Assembly: GCA_002633005.1 (NCBI GenBank) | Contig: NMRA01000198.1 | Coordinates: 132,045-196,044, forward strand | DNA: 64,000 bases | DNA from: Phoronis australis | Lineage: Eukaryota > Animalia > Phoronida | Direction: 5' to 3' | Part shown: in pieces, positions 13,514 through 24,686 of the stretch | Layout: each line of letters opens with the position of its first letter | Numbering within the stretch: position 1 is the stretch's first letter | The notes under the pieces: generated by a model | Seen by the model: the letters and a program-made list of their open reading frames with translations, nothing else | What the model was told of the DNA's origin: nothing | Databases searched by the model: none | Translations under genes and position numbers: made by a program

Positions 13514-16500
13514 GTGTTGCATCGTTAGTTAGTCTAATAAAAGAAGCATTAAATCAGGAACTAACGTGTGTTGTATATGTCAGACGATCGACGTACCGGA
13601 AGTGACTCCTTACATTTATACTACTCGAATGTAACACTCTAGTGTTGTTGGTCACTTTATACTAGGGAAAATGAGAAACGAACAACAGGACAAGGAATAA
13701 TATTGATGAATGTAACAACTCAATAACAAGCCTACTATTCAGTGGATAAGACAGTGACCACCATCTCTAGCTGGCCCCAGTAGAAACGATGAAGCTCCTC
13801 TTGGAGTTTTATTCATTGAAAGATTTTCGGTGAATTATGCCTCACACTGATTAAAACATCAAAGTCATGCGCACAGAGGAACACCTTAGATGCCCATTGA
13901 TGTCTTCAATTTCTTCCAACTCAAACAAATACTCCCGTAATCAAACTTTTTCTTCGATCAGTCCTTCATTCAGTTGCCCAAATCGTCAACTGGCCAGTTT
14001 TACACTGCGCTCCCTCCTATTTTTACCGCGCTCGCCAGTGTGAGGCATAATTAGCCGGAAATCTTTCGGTGTATGTTACTGTTAGTGGATGAAATTTGTT
14101 ATCCATGTCAGGGACCATTATATCCGAGCAGATCGAGTCCTATTTTGCAATTCTGTAACTACAGAATTTCTGCACAAGCTAATGAAACATATTTCCCATC
14201 TGCAGTGCTAAAATTGGCCAGTGAATAAAATTTTACAGCCGTTAGTCAACTCACTTGATCACAGATTATTCTTCTTCATCAACCATGCTAGTAAAAATTG
14301 AAAGTCTTGTTATTTATATTTAGTTTCAGATGGTGAACTGTAATACTCCACTGAAAAAGGCAAGGTCAAAGACATGCGTATTATGTGGCAAACTGTTGTT
14401 CTCTGACTCTCACGCACACAAAGTTAAAAATTGCTGCATTAAAGCAGACTGAGGTACTTGTTTTTTTTTGCACCCGTTTACATTCAATTCAACAATGATT
14501 TGCTGGACACTAGGCCAGTGTTTATCTGCAGCTCATGCATTTCGTTTTGTTTAAAACTCACGTAGCTGCAGAAATCGGTAAGAATGGAGGTCATTGCTTA
14601 GTCTGAAGATGTACAGAAGCACGTAGTAATTGATTTGCCACCTGTTTCTGAGAAGAGGCCAACTGGAGCAAAGAGATTTTTAAATTTTGAGTCCGAGTTA
14701 GTTGACCATGGGTATTCAGTATCTGAGGATTATCAACAATGCAACTCATTCTTCTCAAACATGTCTAAAGATTCAACTGAGCAAATTGATCGGAAACTCT
14801 TGTTTAAAATCAGTACATCTTTGGAAGATCTTTGGAAGACTTCAGACAAAAGTGTGCTTAGACTTCCCATGAGGGACCTGGATGACAAGCCGCTTCTTGG
14901 AAAATTGTGAAAGAAGTGGAAAATCGTTCACATGGGCTAGCACTTCTGTTATTATGTGTCATTTACTACAAATTGGTATGACTAAGAATGACTTCACTGC
15001 AACCATAAAGTATGGGATACATGCACATATAGATGTTTGTCAAAAACCTCAACTGTTCGCTGTACAGAGGCTATTGGCTGCTGCGTGCATTCGTCATCAT
15101 GTTGGCAATGGTGTAAGCTCGAACATTTTTCATTTCAAGAGAAGGATCAAGTTTATAGCTTATAATTGTTTTTAGCACAATTTTAAGCAAATGTGACAAA
15201 GTTAATGATAGTAATTAGGTCAGTGATATTACGTTAAAAATTCTCCAGATTGAGACAGCCTCCTCATTTCAGAACACAGAAATCACTGCTGAAATTCAAT
15301 TTTTTCATCCTGAAATTTGAGACATGGAGTGATTTTTATATTTTCGTACTTTTCAAATTACTAAAGCTGTGTTGTAGCGTAACAGATTGCAGGAATATTC
15401 TTGTAAGTTCACAGAAAGTGACTCTTAGACAAACATTTAATCAATTGTTACCAGTCCCTTTGAATTTCTGACAGACAATTGTATGAATTTCTAAAAATTT
15501 GGAGAAGCTCTGACTTTGATCAAAATAATTATTCACTGTCCCAAACTAAACAATTTTTGCGTAATTAATTTTTGAAATTCAGTGTGTAGTTAACTGTAAA
15601 CCTGATGGGTGACTGTTATTGTTCATAAGATGATCTGGTTTAAGAAAAGAGGTTGTAAAAGTGATGACAATTTATTGTTTATTTTTTGATCTTAAGTGAT
15701 GGTGTGGTAGTTTACACCAGCTTTACTTTATATCGGTAAAAATGTCAGTGACGAAAGGTAGAAATCATAAGTGACCACAAATATCAATGCATAATGACTT
15801 TGAAGCAGATGATAATAGAGACAGTACCCGTGTGGTTAAAGAGTCACGACATAATGATTTAATTTAAAAATATTGAGGGACTCTCTGATATGTATAATGT
15901 ACCAGTGTTTTTCTCACAAGAAATGATGTGTGTGTGTGTTGTCAAAATCAGTTGCGTAGTGCGCTAGCCACTGAATGATCTCAGTGCTTATTATGCTTAA
16001 GGGGGTTTTGATCAAAGAATAATGTTTTAATTGGTTAGACTGATACATACCAAAGGAGCTTGTGCCATGTGATAAAATGTTATTGTTTACATATGTTTTG
16101 GAAAAAATAAATGGTTTAACGAGATAACGAAACGTTACAATTGTATCTTTAAAATCTAATGTCAATGGATTACTTTTATATGAACATTATTTGTTATAGA
16201 TTTTGGATTTCCTAAATATAGTTAAGGTTGAGAATGTATGCCTATATGATGTTCTTTGTACATTTGTTGCTTTGATAACACTATCACTGATGTTGTTATG
16301 CTGTCAAAAATCAAAAATTAAAGGTCAATTTTGACAGTAAAATCAATCTATGAAAATCTTATTTTAATGATGTGAATTTCCGACACTGTCTCAATTTTTT
16401 GTAGTTCAGGGTGACCTACATGTAAAAGGGCTGTTGGATTCCCTGTTAATTCCAACTTGTTGTGCCTCTTGGGAGGCATTTTTCATTTTTTACTTAGTGC

Positions 16501-17360
16501 ATCTGCATTGAATAAATGTATGTTTTCGATTATTTTTTGACAGCTTTCCCAGATTTCTGTAAAACATCCAGGCTCAGATTTGGAAATTCTGGGTATCAGA
16601 AAAGACATAAAAATTGCTGCTGTGAAACCTTGTGTGATACGAATAGATATTATTGAAAGTATTTTTGTCTGCATTAAACTCACCATTCTAACACAATGTG
16701 TCCTTCATCGATTACCACACTTGCCACGTTGGAAGCTAATTCCTTGTTTTGCAAGCGTTTCACACCGTCACTTGTTTTTTTGTCAGAGCCTCAAGGTGTT
16801 TCATGTTCACTTAGTGATAACTAAACCGTTCAAATTATAATTTTCGTTTTAAAATTGCTAAAATTAATACTACAGGTACATGTATTCCAATATCGTCTGC
16901 ATACGTCGCGATTCTATTCGGGGATTCTATCGATAGGGCATTCCCCTAGTCTCGCTGATCCCCTACCTGCCTAGCCAGCAAGTACTCAGGTATCACGCAG
17001 TGGAACGCGCTTTAACATTCGGTTGATGTAGGCCTAACCTCAGCAGTTATTGGATAGCTCTACCACACCGTGAAAAATGGCGGAGTGTGAACGATTTTTA
17101 GCCTTGTCATGTAAGTGGCGTCGCAGCAGCTTGCTTGAAGCACATGCATGTACAATAAACACATATCTGGCCTATTTAACCGTTGTGTTATTCGTACTGT
17201 ATGAATACAGGACAGTGTCGTGAACAAAATCATCGACAGTATTAAGATTCATTCCGAAAAGGCGCAACCACAATTTCTAGGATTCACATTTCCTGAACAT
17301 AAATTTTAAGCACGGATTTGTCTGTACAACAGACCACTTTTACACTTCAGTCCATCTTGC

Positions 17361-17396
17361 ATGCCAGCATAGACTATAGAGTATCTATGATGCCAG
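17361..17396. mobile_element. 22-bp mini inverted-repeat insertion with 7-bp flanking direct repeats
   Basis: ATGCCAG + CATAGActatagagtaTCTATG + ATGCCAG. Confidence 0.55.
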
Positions 17397-17439
17397 CTTG
17401 TTTGAGTGAAATAGACATTAAGTAATTAACAAAAGTAAG

Positions 17440-18010
17440 ACATATAAATATACACGCATGTATACACATGCACTCTTACAAACACACACACATACATAAA
17501 CACATACATACATTAACATACATACCGTACATGTACATCCGAAAATGTCAAATTTCAGTTGATCCATTCTTGTTGTTTTATTTACCGATTTATATTAACA
17601 TACATACATACATACGTATATAAATACACACTAACATATATACATACATTCATACATACATACATATATAAAAAACATCATGCACATGAATACGCAACTA
17701 CATACACACACATACACATATGTACACATGAATAAAATTAGTCTGATGTGGGTATACTGAATGTAAAATTGCCTAACAGAACACATCCACATTAAGTAAT
17801 CTATTTCTTATAATTCTTTTAAAGGTTATAAAGGATGATGCAGATTTGGCATCTGCACGGAAAGTGTTCCATAAGTAGGGCCAGCTGTGGGAAAATGATT
17901 TTTTCCCAGAGTGTTCGTCTTGTAAAAAGTCATCTCAGTCCGAAGACGATTGCCTCGCATTTGATGTTAGCATCTCTGACATAATTGTAAATATTTTAAC
18001 GACTGTGACG
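17440..18010 (-). mobile_element. CR1/L2 LINE 3' fragment with degenerate (TATG)n-rich tail
   Basis: Minus translation KSFSHSWPYLWNTFRADAKSASSFITFKKN near 17810-17905, with a CATA/TACA-rich tract at 17440-17730. Confidence 0.55.
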
Positions 18011-18547
18011 ATGTTGCACATCATGTGGTAACCGACAAATATTCGGAAAATGAGAACTTGAATTTCACTTGCCCGTATCTATAAACGAATACAGTCATTA
18101 ATCATTTGAATCACCATGTGGGCATATATTTTGTTCCACATTTTCGTCAAGTCTTTTTTAAAACATAGACGTCAATGTATACAAAAGTCTTCCTGAAATA
18201 AATTGATCACCTATCTTGGTGTACTATCCACTAAACGTCATTTCAAAACTATACTGCTGACTCTTAACTGAAACGCCTATGGAATACCAGCAGGCAGACA
18301 TGAGTGAATCTGTTTCCTCAACAAGCACTGTTGAATGACAAAAATAAGAGCAAGGTCTATACTGTCAGCGCAATGTCAGCAAAACAAGAGGAAACAAACC
18401 CAACCGTGAAAATATTGTCAACAAACAAGACTTTTTGCCGAAATCCACCAACTACCCAGTTAACCAGCAGGAATGCCGCCTGTTGGATGAACTGAGAACT
18501 ACCTCATGGAAACACTGAGCTATCATAGGGACCTAGCAAAGGATCTT

Positions 18548-18620
18548 ATACTTACAAGTTTCAATCCACAGTTAGGTATACCATGGTTAATCAGTCATTG
18601 TATATGATTGTCGTCAGTAC
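18548..18620 (-). ncRNA. Hammerhead-ribozyme-like motif of Penelope-like pLTR type
   Basis: Minus strand reads CTGACGA-C-AATC...GATT-GAAAC-TT-GTA: core, stem II, minimal stem III and an NUH triplet. Stem I is weak. Confidence 0.4.
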
Positions 18621-19146
18621 CTCAAAGGTATCTTAAAGAACCTGTGGCTTCTACTATTTTCATATTTTAGCTTAAATAATATATCGCTATNNNNNNNNNN
18701 NNNNNNNNNNNNNNNNNNNNNNNNNNNNNNNNNNNNNNNNNNNNNNNNNNNNNNNNNNNNNNNNNNNNNNNNNNNNNNNNNNNNNNNNNNNNNNNNNNNN
18801 NNNNNNNNNNNNNNNNNNNNNNNNNNNNNNNNNNNNNNNNNNNNNNNNNNNNNNNNNNNNNNNNNNNNNNNNNNNNNNNNNNNNNNNNNNNNNNNNNNNN
18901 NNNNNNNNNNNNNNNNNNNNNNNNNNNNNNNNNNNNNNNNNNNNNNNNNNNNNNNNNNNNNNNNNNNNNNNNNNNNNNNNNNNNNNNNNNNNNNNNNNNN
19001 NNNNNNNNNNNNNNNNNNNNNNNNNNNNNNNNNNNNNNNNNNNNNNNNNNNNNNNNNNNNNNNNNNNNNNNNNNNNNNNNNNNNNNNNNNNNNNNNNNNN
19101 NNNNNNNNNNNNNNNNNNNNNNNNNNNNNNNNNNNNNNNNNNNNNA

Positions 19147-19422
19147 CTGATGTATAGTCGAAGTACCGCTACTGTTTTATTATGATATGTTTTGTACAGA
19201 GTTTTATTATATATTTACTCATATATATGTGTTCGTGATGCCACTTACACTGGGCGATCTATTATATCAACTACCATCCGATGAAAGACACTTATGTAGA
19301 CACTACGAAAGTTTGTTGTACAAACTAATTAAAGCAAAGAACAGCTTACTTTTTAATGCAACATGTATAAAAGAAGGTCTTTTACCCAAATACACAGATA
19401 TATATATATATATATATATATA
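19147..19422 (+). mobile_element. Penelope-like element fragment (ORF N-terminus) ending in (TA)n
   Basis: TLGDLLYQL...YESLLYKLIKAKNSLLFNATCIKEGLLPKYT resembles the N-terminus of Penelope-like ORFs and runs directly into a TA microsatellite. A related short stretch lies on the minus strand near 28085-28101. Confidence 0.6.
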
Positions 19423-19484
19423 TGTTTGTATACAGATATGGGGTTATTATCTAAAGCCTTGAAGTGGGGTAAAATATTGACACC

Positions 19485-19755
19485 TTGTTCCGGGGCATAT
19501 ATATAATATATAGCCCGCAACTATATATGGCCCATTGGGTATATGCCCCGGAACAATATATATCCCGCAATTATATATACCTCACTAGGTATACACCCCA
19601 GTACAATATATAGCCCGCAAGTATGTATGTCCAATTGGGCATTATGTATACGATATATACCCCGCAACTTTATATATCCCATTAGATATACAGTATGGCT
19701 CCAGTATTTTATATATCCCGGAATTCCACCAAATATACAAGCCCCGCAACTTTGT
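19485..19755. repeat. Cluster of short direct and inverted TATATA(G/T)CCCGCAA-type repeats
   Basis: ATATAGCCCGCAA, TATATCCCGCAA, TATACCCCGCAA and GGGCATATA variants recur; looks like a transposon subterminal array. Confidence 0.6.
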
Positions 19756-21692
19756 TTATGTCGCACTCGGTTAATGTCTTTATGTGCCAAAAATACACTC
19801 TTCCAAAGGCCACTGGAATAACGTGTATGCGTCCACAACAGATTTTACCACTTTCAAACTTAAGAATGTATGATTCTCTTATTTATTTATAATCCTGAAA
19901 CGTGAGCAGATGACACTACCACTGTCAGGCTCTACGGTGTATGTTGATACCTTCGGTAAAAATACTCTTCTATAAATACGTTGAAACCATTGTGAATGAC
20001 ATTCTTGCTTAATTCACCAATAAAAACAAATGTAATTAAAGAAAATGTGATAATTTTAGTTTAAATCGTGTTTGCTTTCTTCATACAAAATGCTTATACA
20101 TAGTGATTACCATTCTCAATAACTGAAAGCAGTTATTTTAAAGATGTTTAAACTGCAAAATCTGCAGAGCAATTTGTCTGTATTGTCTATTTAACAAAAC
20201 TCAGACAGGTTCTTAAAGGCTGTGGTTGAAGTGATGATGGTGATGATGAAGACCCTAAGGAACGGAGGTGGCACTATGTAACTTTAGACAAAAAATACAA
20301 TAATGAGCAGATCCTGTTAAGTTTGCTACACCCTTATTAAATGTCCTGTGATCATCACTTTTAGCATCACTAACACATCCCGATAACTCTTTTCCCACCT
20401 CTATGGAGATTGTCGTATTATCACTTTCAGCATCATTGCATAGCTTGGTTAATTTTCCTTTAACCTAGAACTTTCCAGACTCCATATTAGTGACAATTAA
20501 TCAGTGTATCACTTGAAAATAAAAGTGAAGGTTTTTAATATACATTTTGCTATGATAAAAGTTCGAAGATTGGGCAGGATTTTGTATTTCGTATTACATG
20601 TATTGTAAAAACTGTCATAAAACATTTTTTGTTAATTTTAGGGATTTACAGGAATTTTCTGTATATTTTATTAAATTTAGGCCGGATAGGTATCTACTTA
20701 GTTTCAAGATATTTTTTACACTTTTTAAAATTTTCTTAGTTTAGAACTTTAATCATTTGACAGGTATCCTTGTACACATTGCAAAAGCTGTCATTCCTGT
20801 GAGGTACATGTATGATCCTACATTCTTACCAAAATATACTATCTTACACAAACAATAATATTACGTTAACAATTATGATAACAATAATACTTTTGTGATT
20901 CCTTTGTAGTTCAAATCTGTTAGGTGTGTCCCCTTTTAGCATTCCTGCAGGTCGATAGTCCAACGGGGAGTTCGTCGGAGAGACGTTTAAGGAGCAATAG
21001 CCTTTTGGGCTTCTGAATCAATTTGTGTTGTTTTTCTTATAGGTTTGTGGTCTCAAGACCAAAGGACTTTTATTCTAGAGAGTGTTAACCCGAAAAATGT
21101 GTCCTTTGTTTGTGAAAATTTGACTTTGCTAAAAAGGATACTAAACCGTGTTTTGATGATTTCAAGCAATCCTGTTCATGTCATTTGCTAATGCATTATT
21201 ATCGTCAATCGTGAAAGAGCTGGAATTAACTAAAAACTCATACACCTGTCTCGCATTTTGGTCCTTGGTGAGTGGTCTTTTCCCGCAGTTGCGTAGGCGC
21301 ACTTGGCAGTTTAGCAAACTTTTAAAATAGTTTCAATTTTTCCAAACTTTTCAGAGTAGTCAAGAGTTAAAGGTCATTATTTTGTTCCAGAAAACTGGAG
21401 ATTAAATTCTATTTTATACATTAATAAGTCAAAACCAGGTTTGGCATCCTTTTGATTTTCTGAAGTGTCTGTAGTTGGAAGAGCTATTGGTTTGATTGGT
21501 CAACTGAGCATTACATTTTGAAATAAACCTGATTACAGGTCCGTAGGAAGGCAAAAATTATGGGGGGCACAAACCATTTCGACGTCGCCAAATAACTCCC
21601 CCATCGCCACCACCTCCGCTACCTCCCCACACTCTCGCACCCGTCCTTCCGATGCGACCATATTTGTACCGAATCTCTCACGTGGGTAGGCA

Positions 21693-21848
21693 CAGTGGCG
21701 GATTTAGGGGACCAAGAGGCCAAGACCCTCCGAAAATTCTTCCAGATTCCATTTGTCAGTTTGGAGGTGCCAATTTCGGACTGGCAAAACCCTTGCTAAT
21801 ACTCTGCCCTGCCGCCCCTCCCAACTCAAAATCCTGGATCCGCCTGTG
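21693..21848. mobile_element. hAT-like MITE
   Basis: TIRs CAGTGGCGGATTTAGG and (reverse complement) CACAGGCGGATCCAGG; degenerate 8-bp TSD GGTAGGCA/GGACGGCA. A homologous truncated copy lies at 63161-63280. Confidence 0.7.
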
Positions 21849-23242
21849 GGACGGCAATCCCGGGGATCCAGCCATTAAGACTGAGTTGTGTAACCGTGAA
21901 CCAACACGAAAAGTAAGAATGGGCCAAGTACACTGACCGGTAGCGAGAAGCTGCCTCAAGTAGCTATAGCTGAGATCTACCAGTGTGAAAATACGAAATT
22001 TTCGATGAACTAAAGCTAGGTGCTGGTCACCACAACTATGATTCACCGGCCGTTTTGCGCTCGTTCTAAGGTCAAGATTTATTTTGTTGTGATCCAGTTT
22101 CGGAAAAAAAAATTTAATTATGGTCATTCCTCGAAAGAGTTTTTTTTTTGAAAAGGTGAGCCACCGAAGTCCCTGGTATAGTGCCTTTGGGACTGTTTCA
22201 AAATCCCATGTTGAAACACGACCGGTAGTTCAGTTTCTGGTGGCTGAGGAAAAGCAATCAATTCGGTTTTGAAGGACAAAAATTCATTACTCAATACTAC
22301 TAGAAACTAAAAACACCAAGGAACTGCGAAGACAACCTTTCCAAGAAATGAGTTTAATTTTATTTATTTGAGGATTTTAAAACGTTTTTTCTATCTACGG
22401 TTTGTGGGTACGGATTTCATCAATGTCTTTGAGAGTTACTTTAGATAGGCAAAAATCGTCTAAGTGTACTTTACTATTTGGGGATCGGATTACAGAGTTT
22501 TTCCAACTTCAGGCAGCAATTAAATTCACTGAATTGTCACCAATTCTTACAAGATTAGCTTCTAGTTGTCAAAAATCATCTATGAATCTATCGATAGTTG
22601 TAGATACATAAACAAGTAAATCAGAAACCAACGAATTTGTTTATCAGGCAGGAATGTTATGCGCAATTTCCGCATGCATGCTCGCAGACTTTTGACGGGT
22701 AACCGGGGGGATATGGGAGGTTGGGTATTCGTATTAAGGTGTATTTTCAAAGGTACCTATAACGATTCACGATGTAAACTTGAACTCCACTGACAGAAAA
22801 AAACGTTGAAATCTTTGTTTATGATTGCGAGAGTTCTTTGAGTACCCCTTTCGACATGTACACGATCATCACAAATAGTAGCCTAGATAGCAGTGTTTTC
22901 CGCAAGTGGGAATTCCTTACAAACAACTCATAGTGACCATGGTCAAAAGAGATTCTATTCTTGTGATACTACGTGAAACCGTATCATTATTTTATAACTA
23001 ACCATCGGAAATTGTCCTTTTGTGTAATTCACAAGTAGTGGTCTTTACGTTCGTCAAAATTCCACCCTTTCGATGACGGCAATCTTACTGTATTTTTCTA
23101 ACTGTTTGGTTGTTTGGGTCGAATGGCTGTGCTGTGCAAGAATGTTTTGTGTTTTTTGATGAATTTGGAATCTCAACTTCCCTCGTAGAAGCTTGGCAGT
23201 GTCGTATTTACATGCAGGGGTTAGCGCGCAATTCTATATTAC

Positions 23243-23452
23243 GGTTATGACCATGGATTTAGATTGTCTAAATATGTAGCACGTTATTCTATACCTGTAT
23301 TTATGGTCATGACCATGGGTATAGAGTGTCTACCTATATACCGCTATTCTGTATTGATGGTCATGACCATGAATTTAGAGTGTCTATATATTTGGTGCAC
23401 TATTATATGATGGTCTTGGCCACGGATTTAGATTGTCTATATTTATGTAGCG
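23243..23452. repeat. Degenerate tandem repeat, about 4 copies of a ~55-bp unit
   Basis: Recurring GGTCATGACCATGG(A/G)TTTAGA(G/T)TGTCTA. Confidence 0.7.
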
Positions 23453-23889
23453 ATCTAGGACAATTAGTACAACCAAAAATATGAAATAGAGCCTGTGCTT
23501 TGTCTAACCAGTGAGTTCAGTAGACGAACTCTTTACAGAATGTTTTTCCATTTGGATATGATATGTCTTACACTTTGAAGCTTGTAATGCACCAAGGCCA
23601 GTCGATGAATGTATATTGTGTTTATTGAAATACCTTTAGGCAGTCATTAGTTTTAGCAGAATTATTAAAGTTTGACTTGTGGCAATATTGCGCAGCGTGC
23701 TAAGACACATGTTCATATTGACGTCATTCAGCATTTGATTCCAAAATTCAATGCGCCAATGCCACTGATATTTGTCAAGTTTGATATATGTAACCCCCTT
23801 ATTGTTACAGCAACTAACTACACATGGTTTCTAGAACGATCTTATGTTTTAATTTACGTTTAGCAACTATAAGAGTCGAAACGTGATGT

Positions 23890-24686
23890 ACCCGTCAGAG
23901 GTCCTAAAGTTGTGAGTGCCCTAAAGTCGTGAACAATATTGTTTCCTCATCTGTGCGATCCCGCGATATCTGGCGTTAAAATTTCCAGCGTTCGTCTGCT
24001 TACGAACGTCAAACGAATACCCGGACGTGTTGGTATTCACAACACCATATTAAACAGTGAGTGAGTGGCTTCTTTCTTCAATTGTATCTTAAAAACAGCA
24101 TATTTCACCAATCTACTTTTTTGTGCATTTTCAGGATATATTTTCGAAAATATTCATTCTTCAGATTTACTCAAACACGCGCTCCAGGGGTAGCTTGAAC
24201 AATGCATCAAAATGCCCCAGGGTCGATCAAGTTTTGTAAGGCCAAGGCAATAAAATACAGAGAGATAATTGATGCTGGGTTCTTAGCGTTTTACGTGAAC
24301 AACCTCGTTGAAAACGTCTGTGCACATCAAAGTTGGGTGCACACATATAACAATTTATTTCAATTGAAACTGAATTAATAAACAATGCAATGCATTTTCA
24401 TGTCATCTAGAGTAACTGCAAGCATTGTAGTTGACTTGTGTGGTGATACTTCGTGCATTTCCGTCTAAACGAAACGGTCACGACTTTAGGGCCTCATTCA
24501 AACTGGCCGGCGACCATTTCAAAACTCTGCTTACAACGAGGATAAAGATTGGTAAAACCCGTATATTTGTGAAGGCGAATATATGTCCATAACATCACAT
24601 GAGCAGTTGCTAACGGATATTGGGTAGTATGACCATCAGCTGCTTATTGTGCTTAATAATATGTTCACGACTTCAGGGCACCGGTG
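23890..24686. mobile_element. Non-autonomous DNA transposon with terminal inverted repeats
   Basis: GTGCCCTAAAGTCGTGAACA (23916-23935) vs the reverse complement of 24662-24681 (1 mismatch); extra motif copies near 23902 and 24478. Confidence 0.55.

Larger units (their letters stand above)
9744..13641 (-). mobile_element. Gypsy (Mag-like) LTR retrotransposon, decayed and internally deleted
   Basis: LTRs 13515-13641 and 9744-9873 (about 6 substitutions in 122 shared bp). PBS TGGCGACGAGGAT at 13501-13513, PPT GGGAGGAG at 9874-9881, candidate 5-bp TSD GTGTT at 9739-9743 and 13642-13646. gag and pol domains in PR-RT-RH-IN order. Confidence 0.93.

Noticed and set aside
6731-13641. Three-LTR tandem retrotransposon
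   Set aside because: The extra LTR lies in the gap-flanking duplicated block, which is probably an assembly artefact.
13800-15200. Second degraded transposase on the minus strand
   Set aside because: Only faint motif resemblance among many stops; cannot be supported without a search.
19147-19170. Second hammerhead core (CTGATGT...CGAAG)
   Set aside because: Core nucleotides deviate and the upstream sequence is lost in the N gap.
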